Origin: Oligoflexales bacterium
GTDB lineage: Bacteria > Bdellovibrionota_B > Oligoflexia > Oligoflexales > RGVZ01
NCBI GenBank assembly: GCA_044236265.1
Contig: JBIIGV010000096.1
Span: 1-10,622 of the forward strand
Direction of reading: 5' to 3'
DNA: 10,622 nt
Shown: positions 1 through 8,917 of the stretch, piece after piece
Position numbering within the stretch: the first letter of the stretch is position 1
Layout of the letters: every line of letters begins with the position of its first letter
The notes under the pieces: generated by a model
Told to the model about the DNA's origin: nothing
Database searches by the model: none
The model's input: only the letters and a program-made list of their open reading frames with translations
Program-made: the position numbers and the translations under genes

Positions 1-633
1 TCCCAACAGCTCACTGACACCATCAGCACCAATTTTATCTAGTTTATCGAGCGCAATTAGCGCATCAGTTTCGCCTTGCGCATCAATTCCTGGAAACGCT
101 TTACCGAGCATCGCGGAGAGAAGTACGCGATTACCAAGACGCATGGTAAAACCACCAAGATCAAAGCCAGACAAAATTTTATAAAAACAAGCGAGAATCT
201 CGATATCAGCATTAACGCTATCCACACCGATAATATCCAGATCACACTGACAGAATTCGCGGTAACGACCCTTCTGCGTATTCTCTCCTCGCCAAACATC
301 ACCGATCTGTAGGCGCTTAAACGGAAAAACAAGCTCGCCTTGGTGCTCCGCGACGAATCGCGCAAAAGGCACAGTCAAATCAAAGCGCATAGCTACCTTG
401 CGCTCACCGTGATCTTCGAAGCGGTAGACTTGTTTATCTGTTTCATCACTTCCTTGACCGAGCAGAGTCTCTGCATACTCAAGAACTGGAGTCCCGATCT
501 CCCTAAACCCAGCGAGCTTCGCATGACGGCGAATATCAGACTGCAGGCGTGACCGCAGCTCCATAAGGTCAGGCATAAAATCCCGAAAACCCTTTAGGCG
601 CCTTGGTTCAATCTTTTTAGTAGTGGAGTTCAT
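1..633 (-). CDS. hisS: Histidyl-tRNA synthetase, N-terminal 211 codons (runs off the window edge)
   Basis: Not in the ORF track. Manual translation from the ATG at 633: MNSTTKKIEPRRLKGFRDFMP...GFREIGTPVLEYAETL...KQVYRFEDHGERKVAMRFDLTVPFARFV...FKRLQIGDVWRGENTQKGRYREFCQCDLDIIG...LDKLDKIG. These are HisRS motif 1, the RFDLT signature and motif 2. A GGGGG SD-like tract lies 7 nt upstream, and the frame is open to position 1. Confidence 0.97.
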   Translation of the reverse strand, partial: MNSTTKKIEPRRLKGFRDFMPDLMELRSRLQSDIRRHAKLAGFREIGTPVLEYAETLLGQGSDETDKQVYRFEDHGERKVAMRFDLTVPFARFVAEHQGELVFPFKRLQIGDVWRGENTQKGRYREFCQCDLDIIGVDSVNADIEILACFYKILSGFDLGGFTMRLGNRVLLSAMLGKAFPGIDAQGETDALIALDKLDKIGADGVSELLG

Positions 634-758
634 TTATTGGCCCCCGGGCTTGCATGTCGACATCCATCGAACTGGACACGCCAACCCGACTCAAATCAGT
701 CATTAATATGGCCTTCATGGCAAAATTTGGCAAGTGACCATCAATTGAGCAACCCCTT

Positions 759-787
759 TTGATCTCCGTAGATTTCCCCGCTGTAAT
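759..787 (+). promoter_or_regulatory. Possible sigma70-type promoter for the oxidoreductase/M16 operon
   Basis: TTGATC (759-764), 17-nt spacer, TGTAAT (782-787) in the divergent hisS/oxidoreductase intergenic region. Both hexamers are imperfect. Confidence 0.3.
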
Positions 788-843
788 CGACTAAAATTAT
801 TTGCACATTTACTGATCTCAAGACGTCTCATGGAGGCATGCTG

Positions 844-2868
844 ATGGGTATTTTTAACGTCGTATTTGCGTTGGTGAGTGCTGGAGTCTTTGGTTACTTC
901 GGTTACAACTTAAGCCGCACATGGGCCAAGGTCCAACTAGGAAAAGGTGCTGACGACGTCAGAATAGATAATTTAGCCGAGCGCGTGAAAGAAACCGTTC
1001 TCTTTGGCTTCCTTCAACAAAAGATGTTCAAGGACCTTTCTGCTGGTATCATGCATGCGCTCATCTTCTGGGGATTTGTCACCGTAACCATCGGCACTGG
1101 TGAGACCATCTTGTCAGGAATCATTCCTGGTTTTTCCTACAAGTGGATTCTAGGTGACGGACCTCTATTTAACGTTTACCTGTTGTCGCAAGACTACGGT
1201 AATACCGCCGTTGCTCTGGCGATTTCATATGCCATATTGCGACGTATGTTTTTCCCACCCAAGCGATTTGAGGGACTGGCCAAGTCCAGCCGCGTCGATG
1301 CTTACATTGTTTTAAGCTTTATTTTGGCACTTGTCGTAACCACTATGCTTTACATGGGCGCAAAAGCGGGACTCTCAGATGAGCAAGCCATTTCCAGTTC
1401 TTTTGTCCCCCTCTCATGGTCTTTGGCAAGTTCTGTCGCATCTATCTTCGGAGTTGCATCATCGGAGGGGTACGCCGGTTTTTATAAGTCTTGGTGGTTT
1501 GTGCACTGCCTGGTTCTATTTAGTTTCACCACGTTCCTTCCTTTCTCAAAACACCAGCACCTCATCTGGGTGTGGCCAAATATTTTCTTTAGAAGCCACA
1601 AAGGCCGCGGACGTCTGCGCCCAATGGAATTCAAAGATGACGCCGAAACTTTCGGCGCAGGAAAAATGGAGGACTTCTCCTGGAAGCAACTACTTGACGG
1701 CATGACCTGCGTTGAGTGTGGTCGCTGTACCGAACAATGTCCCGCCAACTACACGGGAAAGCCACTTGATCCGCGCAAGATTATCCACCACCTGAAAGAG
1801 ACTTTACAGGATAGCGTTGCAAATCCAGATCCTAGCAAACGCAAACCACTCATTGGCGATGACTCAGCCCCTGGTATCGTGCACCGAGATGAACTCTGGA
1901 GCTGCACCACGTGTGGGGCTTGTATGGAAGCCTGCCCTCTTTACATCGAACACATACCAGCTATCGTCGATATGAGACGCTACATGACGCTGACTGAAGG
2001 AAACTTCCCTGCGGAACTTGGCAACACCTTCAAAAATCTTGAGAATAACTTTTCGCCTTGGGCCATGCCCCATAGCGATCGCGCTAAATGGGCAGACGGA
2101 CTCGGCGTTACAACCATGGCGCAGAAAAGTGATGTTGACTACCTCTTCTGGGTCGGTTGCGCTGGTAGTTACGATGATCGTTATAAAAAGGTCAGCAAAT
2201 CAATCGCCAAAATCATGCAATCAGCCAACATCAGCTTCTCGATTCTCGGGACAGAGGAGAAGTGCAACGGTGATACAGCCCGCCGCTTAGGTAACGAGTA
2301 TCTAGCGAACATGGCGATTCAAGAAAATGTTGAAACCTTGAAAAAGTACAACGTAAAAAAGGTCGTCACAGGCTGTCCACATTGCTTTAACACCATCAAA
2401 AACGAGTACCCGGACTTCGGCTTTAACGCTGAGGTGATTCACCATAGCCAGCTGATCACGGACTTGGTTAACGATGGAAAAATTAAAGCGTCAAGCGTTC
2501 CTGATGAAGCTAAATCTGTGACGTATCACGACAGCTGCTACCTCGGACGTCACAACGAAGTGTATGAGGAACCGCGTAACGCGATTGCAAGCGTGACAAA
2601 AGCACCGGTCGTTGAAATGGAGCGCAACAAAGAAAAGGGCTTTTGCTGTGGAGCCGGCGGAGGTCGGATGTGGCTTGAAGAGCACATTGGAACGCGCGTC
2701 AACGTCGAACGCGCTCAAGAGGCAATTAAAACAGGCGCCAGCACTGTCGCTACAGCATGCCCTTTCTGTATGACCATGATGACAGACGGCATCAAAGGCG
2801 AAGGCAAAGGCGAACAAGTCGTCGTAAAAGATATTGCAGAAATTGTGGCTGAACGCTTACCCACATAA
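844..2868 (+). CDS. Membrane-bound Fe-S oxidoreductase, FadF/HdrED-like (NarI-like cytochrome b domain + 2x[4Fe-4S] + two CCG domains)
   Basis: N-terminal TM helices with candidate haem His residues ([21 protein letters not shown]). Ferredoxin motifs [12 protein letters not shown] and [15 protein letters not shown] domains FWVGC...EKCNG...CPHC and [11 protein letters not shown]...FCCGAGGG...ACPFC. GGAGG at 832-836 is 7 nt before ATG 844 but only 1 nt before ATG 838, so 844 is the preferred start. Confidence 0.92.
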   Translation: MGIFNVVFALVSAGVFGYFGYNLSRTWAKVQLGKGADDVRIDNLAERVKETVLFGFLQQKMFKDLSAGIMHALIFWGFVTVTIGTGETILSGIIPGFSYKWILGDGPLFNVYLLSQDYGNTAVALAISYAILRRMFFPPKRFEGLAKSSRVDAYIVLSFILALVVTTMLYMGAKAGLSDEQAISSSFVPLSWSLASSVASIFGVASSEGYAGFYKSWWFVHCLVLFSFTTFLPFSKHQHLIWVWPNIFFRSHKGRGRLRPMEFKDDAETFGAGKMEDFSWKQLLDGMTCVECGRCTEQCPANYTGKPLDPRKIIHHLKETLQDSVANPDPSKRKPLIGDDSAPGIVHRDELWSCTTCGACMEACPLYIEHIPAIVDMRRYMTLTEGNFPAELGNTFKNLENNFSPWAMPHSDRAKWADGLGVTTMAQKSDVDYLFWVGCAGSYDDRYKKVSKSIAKIMQSANISFSILGTEEKCNGDTARRLGNEYLANMAIQENVETLKKYNVKKVVTGCPHCFNTIKNEYPDFGFNAEVIHHSQLITDLVNDGKIKASSVPDEAKSVTYHDSCYLGRHNEVYEEPRNAIASVTKAPVVEMERNKEKGFCCGAGGGRMWLEEHIGTRVNVERAQEAIKTGASTVATACPFCMTMMTDGIKGEGKGEQVVVKDIAEIVAERLPT

Positions 2869-2891
2869 TCAAGCAAAAGATTGAGGTTAAC

Positions 2892-4271
2892 ATGAAAGTT
2901 TTTGGACTTCTGTTGGCAACCGGACTGTTGCTGGCTCAAACAGCATGGTCTTCCACCACGAAACCCTATCGCTCTGCTACGGCTGTAAACGGAATGGAAA
3001 TATTGGCGGTACCAATGTCCAAGGTTCCCTTGGTCACCATCGTTTTGGTAGTCAAAGCCGGAGCTATGACTGAGACACCAACCACCAATGGATTGACTCA
3101 CGTATGGGAGCACATGTTCTTCAAAGGCAATCAGCGCCTTCCCAATCAGGAAGCCTTCAGCAAAAGAGTCAGACAGCTAGGCATCACGTTCAACGGTGAC
3201 ACCAGCGCTGAAATGGTACGCTACTACTTCACACTGCCGTCCAAAAATCTCGACGAGGGCCTTCAGTTTATGGCTGATGCCATCAGCACCCCGTTACTAG
3301 AGACCAACGAAATGGAGCGCGAAAGAAAGGTCGTCCTTGACGAGTATGATCGTAATGCCAGTCAGCCTGGTTTTGATCTGTTTAACCTGGAACGCATGAC
3401 GATTTATGGCAATCAGGAGCACCTGCGCAATCCTTTAGGTCGACGATCAATTATTGAGAAGACGACCAGAGAGCAATTGTTACAGATAAAGAAAGATGTC
3501 TTTGTTCCTGGAAACAGCGCCTTGATTGTGGCTGGTGATGTGGATCCAGCAAAGCTACCTGAAATGGTGAATAAGCATTTTGCGGGCTGGACGACACCGG
3601 CCGGATGGAAACCGCTCAATCGAGGAGATTTTCCAGCATTTCCGGCGACGACTGAGATTGTAAGAACTCATCCGCTTGCTCAGAACGTCAACCAACAGAT
3701 CACTTGGAAGGGTCCGCGCGCCAAGATCGACAAGGCTGACTCTTGGGCAGTCGACATCCTCATTCAGCTACTGGATCACCGCTCAGGCAAGTTCTTTAAG
3801 AAATATATCGACAGTGGCTTGGCACTAAATGCTGGCTTCTCGTATCACACACAGAGTCAGGCTGGTGAACTTGTAATGTATGCCATGACAACCCCTGAAA
3901 ACGCACTCAAGACAAGAGCCGAGCTTCTCAAAGAGCCCAAAGAATGGACGAAGTCGGGATATTTCACCCAGTCTCAACTTGACGATGTGCGACGAAAACT
4001 CAAGATCGGTTACAAGATGGACCTTAATAAGCCCAGCGCCTACGCCAAAACACTCGCCTTCTGGTGGGCTGTGACCGGGATGGATTATTACGACAACTAT
4101 TTACGCTCTATGGACAAAGTCACACTCAAAGACGTTCAAAATTTCGTTAAAAAATATTTGATCGATAAGCCATATGTTTCTGCGACTTTGTTAAGTCCCC
4201 AAGATTCAGAAAAGGCGAACATCAAAGATAATTCCGCGCCTTTAGCGGAAAAACTACTCAAGAACTATTGA
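2892..4271 (+). CDS. M16 (pitrilysin/insulinase) zinc peptidase, catalytic subunit, with signal peptide
   Basis: Inverted zincin motif HVWEH (3099-3113) followed by MFFKG, then NGDTS and ERERKVVLDEY (third Zn ligand region). N-terminal Sec-like signal MKVFGLLLATGLLLAQTAWS. GAGG SD at 2883-2886. Confidence 0.93.
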   Translation: MKVFGLLLATGLLLAQTAWSSTTKPYRSATAVNGMEILAVPMSKVPLVTIVLVVKAGAMTETPTTNGLTHVWEHMFFKGNQRLPNQEAFSKRVRQLGITFNGDTSAEMVRYYFTLPSKNLDEGLQFMADAISTPLLETNEMERERKVVLDEYDRNASQPGFDLFNLERMTIYGNQEHLRNPLGRRSIIEKTTREQLLQIKKDVFVPGNSALIVAGDVDPAKLPEMVNKHFAGWTTPAGWKPLNRGDFPAFPATTEIVRTHPLAQNVNQQITWKGPRAKIDKADSWAVDILIQLLDHRSGKFFKKYIDSGLALNAGFSYHTQSQAGELVMYAMTTPENALKTRAELLKEPKEWTKSGYFTQSQLDDVRRKLKIGYKMDLNKPSAYAKTLAFWWAVTGMDYYDNYLRSMDKVTLKDVQNFVKKYLIDKPYVSATLLSPQDSEKANIKDNSAPLAEKLLKNY

Positions 4272-4302
4272 CCATCACTTTTGAGCACACGAGGATAGCA
4301 AC

Positions 4303-5646
4303 ATGAAGCGACGTTTATTTGTCTCCTTAGTGATCCTGATGCTGGGAACGCACGCATTAGGAGCTGAGTCATCAATTTCTGGCACAGATCGCAAACTCAC
4401 CTCAAAAACCTGGCTTGAAAATGGAATTCCCGTCATCGCTAGAGAAACGCCAGGGAGTGATATCGTTCATATCGAAGTTCGATTCTTGACTGGCTCTTCA
4501 CATCTTCCCGCGGAGCGACGCGCAGTCAATCTAGCGGCTTTTTCAACCATGCCCTATGCCACGAAAAAGTTTTCTAAGGAGAAAATTTTCTCCATGACCG
4601 AAAAGTATTCCATTAGCGTCAACTGTAGCGGCGGCGTTGAAATGAGTGCTTGCGAAGTCGAGGCGATTAGTGAGTACTTGCCCCAAGCCCTGGATCTGCT
4701 GCTATCCGTTGTCACAGAACCATCTTTTAATCCTCAAGACGTGGACCTGGTAAAGAAACGAAGAGTCGCGGACTTTCAGCAGGAGATGCAAAATCCAGAA
4801 TCCCGGGTTAACTCGGTCGTTAATACGGTCTTCTATGACACGAATCATCCCTATCGACTATTACCCGAGGACGGCATCAAACAAACAGAATCATTGACGG
4901 CAGAAAATCTACGCAGTTATTACAACACTGTCTTTGATGCGACGAATATTTTTGTGACCTATGCCGGCCCAAAAATCTCAAAAAAGACCCTTTCCACACT
5001 GGAATCCAAGCTTGGAAAACTAAGTAAAATTCAGCGACAAGGAAAGTCTGTTCCAGCACCCGCTTTCAATGTCCAGAATGCTGTAGCATTTGAACATCGA
5101 GATATCCCGACAGCCTATATCAGGGCTAAGTTTAACGCCCCGTCTGCGACAGCCACCGATGCTGCCGCTGCCGAAGTCCTTTTTGAAATACTAAGCGAAA
5201 AACTTCACGAAGAAGTTCGCACCAAGAAAAGTCTATCTTATGCCGTACACGCCAACACGCTACAAATGAATCAAGGAATAGGAACAATCTCAGCATCCAC
5301 ATCCAAGCCAAAAGAAACTCTCGAAACTATTGCGTCAGTCATCAAGGGACTTCGCGACACAAAGATCTCTCCGGAAGAGCTCAAGGAATACAAGAACGTT
5401 TTCACTACAGCGTACTATTTAACGATGGAGACGCACGATCAACTTGCAGGAGCATTATCGAATGCCCAGGTATACTTCGGTGATGCGTCAATCATGTATG
5501 AATGGCCAAGCCGAATTGAAGCTGTGACACCAGAAGATATTCAACGAGTCGCAAAAGAAATACTCAAAAACTTCCGGGTTGGCATCGTCTATGACAAAGA
5601 GAAGTTCAAAAGCGAGTGGATTAAACCTTTGCGATCCTTTCAATAA
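4303..5646 (+). CDS. M16 peptidase family non-catalytic subunit, with signal peptide
   Basis: M16 features (WLENGIPV, LDLLLSVVTEPSF, LHEEVRTKKSLSYAV, IEAVTPEDIQRVAKE) but no HXXEH. Signal-like N-terminus MKRRLFVSLVILMLGTHALG. GAGGA SD upstream. Confidence 0.9.
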   Translation: MKRRLFVSLVILMLGTHALGAESSISGTDRKLTSKTWLENGIPVIARETPGSDIVHIEVRFLTGSSHLPAERRAVNLAAFSTMPYATKKFSKEKIFSMTEKYSISVNCSGGVEMSACEVEAISEYLPQALDLLLSVVTEPSFNPQDVDLVKKRRVADFQQEMQNPESRVNSVVNTVFYDTNHPYRLLPEDGIKQTESLTAENLRSYYNTVFDATNIFVTYAGPKISKKTLSTLESKLGKLSKIQRQGKSVPAPAFNVQNAVAFEHRDIPTAYIRAKFNAPSATATDAAAAEVLFEILSEKLHEEVRTKKSLSYAVHANTLQMNQGIGTISASTSKPKETLETIASVIKGLRDTKISPEELKEYKNVFTTAYYLTMETHDQLAGALSNAQVYFGDASIMYEWPSRIEAVTPEDIQRVAKEILKNFRVGIVYDKEKFKSEWIKPLRSFQ

Positions 5647-5652
5647 TAAGGC

Positions 5653-6291
5653 TTAGGCCAACCCAAGTAAGGCTTTTACGCCATCCAAGCCAAGTGAGAA
5701 GAGGGCTACAAAAAGAATTGCATTGATGATCGCCAGGAGATAACCGGCGATCACCATCACGCCATCTTTTTCGAGGCTTCCAATAGTTAACACGATAATC
5801 GCTAAAGCCGGTGGCGCATTAAACCCTGGTGGCATTGGCAGTGAGAGAAGAGCCGCCGTCAACAAAACAACCAAGGCATTGAAACGCACAAATCCTGGGT
5901 GATGCGCAAAAAATCCGAGTCTTGGTTTAATCAATGTCTCGGTTCTTCGGAGAACGCGTTGTGCGGCCTCAAACATCTTGACTAATATGTCCGATGAAAT
6001 TTTTCTATTGCGCCAGGAAGCAGGGACCCAGGGATCTTTACCTAAAATCACCTGCAATGAGGCCATCCCAATCACAAATCCAAAAATAGTCGACAGTCCT
6101 GGCAGAGGAACGGGAAGCAGAAACGGCACTGCAAATAACAAACAAACTAACATATGCCCATAGACATTCAATTCATGGAGCAGTGAACCAATCGTGACTT
6201 CCTGACGTTGACAGATTTGGGCAAGATGCTCCATCACGACCGAGAGTCGTTGATTCGAAAGCTGATCATTGTTGGAATTTAAGCGCATCAT
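5653..6291 (-). CDS. exoD: ExoD-family (exopolysaccharide synthesis) membrane protein
   Basis: Typical ExoD pattern: VTIGSLLHEL..YG..LLFAVPFLLPVPLPGLSTIFG...QVILG..PWVP...IKPRL...LPMPPGFNAPPALAI....G.LEKDG. 212 aa, hydrophobic. Start could be 6291 or 6288. Confidence 0.88.
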   Translation of the reverse strand: MMRLNSNNDQLSNQRLSVVMEHLAQICQRQEVTIGSLLHELNVYGHMLVCLLFAVPFLLPVPLPGLSTIFGFVIGMASLQVILGKDPWVPASWRNRKISSDILVKMFEAAQRVLRRTETLIKPRLGFFAHHPGFVRFNALVVLLTAALLSLPMPPGFNAPPALAIIVLTIGSLEKDGVMVIAGYLLAIINAILFVALFSLGLDGVKALLGLA

Positions 6292-6312
6292 CGATATGCC
6301 AACGCTCCGGCG

Positions 6313-6765
6313 TTATTTTGCAAGCTCTCTCGTATTTAACATCACTGTGACCGGGCCATCGTTGACCAGTGAGACCTTCATGTCAGCGCCAAATGAGCCC
6401 GTCTCAACAGTAAGTCCTGAAGCGCGAAGAGACTCTACAAATTTTTCGTATAGGCGCCGCGCTTCATCAGGTGGAGCAGCATCGCTAAATCCCGGGCGTC
6501 GACCTCGGCTACAGTCAGCATAAAGCGTAAACTGGCTGACCACTAAAAAGGCACCCTTGGTATCTTGAATTGACAGGTTAAAGCGACCATCTGCGTCAGA
6601 AAAAAGTCTAAGCCCCAGTATTTTATCAACTAATCTAGGGATGTCAGCCTCTGTGTCAGTCTTTGCAACGCCGAGTAACACAAGCCATCCCGCAGGAATT
6701 TCTCCAATTATTTCAGAAGAAACCGTCACCTTGGCCGATGAGACCCTTTGTAGCAACGCCTTCAC
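6313..6765 (-). CDS. dtd: D-aminoacyl-tRNA deacylase
   Basis: MKALLQRV, SQFTLYADC..GRRPGF and NDGPVT (Gly-cisPro) motifs. 150 aa, GTG start with a strong GGAGGGGG SD upstream. Confidence 0.97.
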   Translation of the reverse strand: MKALLQRVSSAKVTVSSEIIGEIPAGWLVLLGVAKTDTEADIPRLVDKILGLRLFSDADGRFNLSIQDTKGAFLVVSQFTLYADCSRGRRPGFSDAAPPDEARRLYEKFVESLRASGLTVETGSFGADMKVSLVNDGPVTVMLNTRELAK

Positions 6766-6836
6766 TGGACAACCCCCTCCCGCTCTCTATATAGTCTCCG
6801 CAGCCATGATGAACATTGCCCCGTCTGCGGAAACCC

Positions 6837-6852
6837 CATCTATATATAGATG
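6837..6852. promoter_or_regulatory. Perfect 16-bp palindrome CATCTATATATAGATG, candidate transcription-factor operator (NrdR-box-like core)
   Basis: Exact self-reverse-complement in the divergent dtd/ffs-dnaX intergenic region, 11 bp upstream of a TTGACA hexamer (6864-6869). Confidence 0.4.
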
Positions 6853-6953
6853 TCGTGACAAAATTGACAGGCAATGTAGGTTTTTAGTCGAGCTCTCCGA
6901 AGTTTTATGCCATAACGGCGGCTGTCGGAGGACGTCTCATACGTCAATCTGAC

Positions 6954-7079
<126 letters not shown>

Positions 7080-7104
7080 TGTTTTTTTGGGATGCAGGTG
7101 AACA

Positions 7105-8898
7105 ATGACTCCCTCCAAAAGTTATATCCCACTGGCCAGAAAATATCGTCCAGCAACTTTTAGTGAACTTGTAGGTCAAGACGCCACAGCTGTCGCTCTA
7201 GGTAACGCAATCAAACTTGGACGTGAATCTCACGCAGTGATTTTCAGTGGTGTACGCGGAATCGGTAAAACCACATCAGCTCGTCTTTATGCCAAGGCTT
7301 TAAACTGCGATGCCGCGATGTCGGCTGAGCCCTGCAATAAATGCGAGAGCTGTTTAGCCATCAATCAAGGTATTCACGAAGATGTAATTGAAATCGACGG
7401 CGCATCTAACACCGGAGTTGATGATGTCCGTGCACTAAGGGAAACCATCGCCTACGTCCCACAACGCTCAAGATTTAAAATCTATATCATCGACGAAGTT
7501 CATATGCTCTCGCAGAGTGCCTTCAATGCTCTTCTAAAAACTTTGGAAGAACCACCTGCACACGTTGTGTTTATTTTTGCAACCACAGAACTCCATAAAA
7601 TCCCACAGACGATCATGAGTCGTTGCCAGGTGTTTCACCTGCAGCGCCTGCACACAAACACCATTCGCGACCGTCTTGCACAGGTGCTTAAAGCCGAAAA
7701 CATAGCGTTTGAAGACAAGGCTATTGCAGCCATCGCTCGCGAGGGCCATGGATCCATGCGCGATGCACTGACCTTACTTGATCACGCGATAGCTTTCGGC
7801 GAAGGTCAGGTTACGGTCGCAGCACTCGAAAAAATTATTTCCCACGCATCATCCACTCAATTTATTGCGTTATTGGATGCTCTCGTGACTCGCTCTCCAG
7901 AGGACGTCATCGCCATTCTGGACGCCATGGAAAAAAGCGGTGTAAGCATGCAGGATGTTGCAGAAAAAACTGCAGCTATTGCTCGGCATGGGTTTATCGC
8001 TCGCGACATCGGAACAGATCATGTTGACTTTAAGGCTCTAGGACTAGATGACGAAGAGACGAGATGTATAAGTGACATCGCGCGCAAAGCTGGTCCTGCA
8101 GATCTCAACCGAATCTTCAGAACGTTGGCTAAATCAAGATCTGAACTTGATGGCTCGGTTCTTGATCGTTACATCATGGAAAACTATTGCCTGGAATGGT
8201 GCTTGGATCCGGGAATTTTATTGCAAGCCAGCCCACAACAAGGATCACCAGTAAAAAGCTCGCCAAGCCCGCAGCTCGGTGCCGCAAAAACAATGGCAAA
8301 CATCCGTGAGTCTCTGCATACCAAGCAGCAAGCACCTGCACCAGTTACTCCGATTACCGCTTCCGTCCAACCCCCAGCGCAAGTGCAGGCCCCAGCTCCA
8401 GCTGCGGCAACGGAACCGTTAAGCAGCGTGCCCACCCCTCAAAATGTGATCACAGCCGAAGGCTCACAAAGCAAATCAATGCCGGCGACTTGGCGTGAGC
8501 TTGTCGACATCTGGAAAAAACACAAACCCCTCCAAGCCAAGCGACTAGAGGATGTTCACCCTGTAACTTATTCTCCAACTAAGATTGAGTTGGTGATTCC
8601 AAGTGAAAGCTTTCTTTCAGCAGCTCTGCTGAAGGCCGACGAACAAAAGAAGCTCAAAGAGGCCTTTAGCGATCTCTTCGGCTTTAAAGGTTCTATTAGT
8701 TTCACAGCAAAGAAGGGTGCCACTACGACTCAGGCGGAGCCACAAAACTCCTTACCAGAGACACTATCGGTGATTCATCAGCGGGAGTCGGCTGAAAAAA
8801 AAGAACAAATACTCAACAATGCTCAAAATAATCCTCTGACCAAGGATGCGCTGAATTTATTTAATGCTACAATAGAGTCAATTGAAGTGAACTCCTAA
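7105..8898 (+). CDS. dnaX: DNA polymerase III subunit gamma/tau
   Basis: LARKYRP..F.ELVGQ, Walker A GVRGIGKTT, Zn module C..PC..C.SC, EIDGASNTGVDD, Walker B IIDEVH, NALLKTLEEPP, SRC and GSMRDA motifs. A Pro/Ala/Gln-rich linker precedes a C-terminal tau-like domain. AGGTG SD upstream. Confidence 0.98.
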   Translation: MTPSKSYIPLARKYRPATFSELVGQDATAVALGNAIKLGRESHAVIFSGVRGIGKTTSARLYAKALNCDAAMSAEPCNKCESCLAINQGIHEDVIEIDGASNTGVDDVRALRETIAYVPQRSRFKIYIIDEVHMLSQSAFNALLKTLEEPPAHVVFIFATTELHKIPQTIMSRCQVFHLQRLHTNTIRDRLAQVLKAENIAFEDKAIAAIAREGHGSMRDALTLLDHAIAFGEGQVTVAALEKIISHASSTQFIALLDALVTRSPEDVIAILDAMEKSGVSMQDVAEKTAAIARHGFIARDIGTDHVDFKALGLDDEETRCISDIARKAGPADLNRIFRTLAKSRSELDGSVLDRYIMENYCLEWCLDPGILLQASPQQGSPVKSSPSPQLGAAKTMANIRESLHTKQQAPAPVTPITASVQPPAQVQAPAPAAATEPLSSVPTPQNVITAEGSQSKSMPATWRELVDIWKKHKPLQAKRLEDVHPVTYSPTKIELVIPSESFLSAALLKADEQKKLKEAFSDLFGFKGSISFTAKKGATTTQAEPQNSLPETLSVIHQRESAEKKEQILNNAQNNPLTKDALNLFNATIESIEVNS

Positions 8899-8917
8899 TT
8901 CGACTGAAGGGCTGAAC

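Noticed and set aside
57..552. ORF-track calls 57..365(-), 76..312(+), 340..552(+)
   Set aside because: All overlap the real hisS frame (633 to 1, minus) and have no recognisable motifs.
654..663. 10-bp palindrome ATGTCGACAT upstream of hisS
   Set aside because: It is short, single and matches no operator I recognise. No T-box or attenuator features were seen in the hisS leader.
718..735. TGGCAAAATTTGGCA as a sigma54 promoter
   Set aside because: The GG-to-GC spacing is 9 nt rather than the strictly required 10, and the TTGC element is imperfect.
822..831. GACGTCTCAT occurs at both 822-831 and 6931-6940
   Set aside because: A single 10-mer repeat is expected by chance in 10 kb, and the flanks share nothing further.
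8230..8480. Pro/Ala/Gln-rich low-complexity stretch and antisense ORF 8184..8435
   Set aside because: This is the normal flexible linker of DnaX tau. It is not a DNA tandem repeat, and the antisense ORF is a shadow.
7928..8803. A-runs in dnaX (7931-7936, 8515-8520, 8795-8802) as gamma-generating frameshift or slippage sites
   Set aside because: None is an in-frame A_AAA_AAG with an evident upstream SD and downstream hairpin at the domain III/IV boundary. The A8 run is only about 32 codons from the stop.
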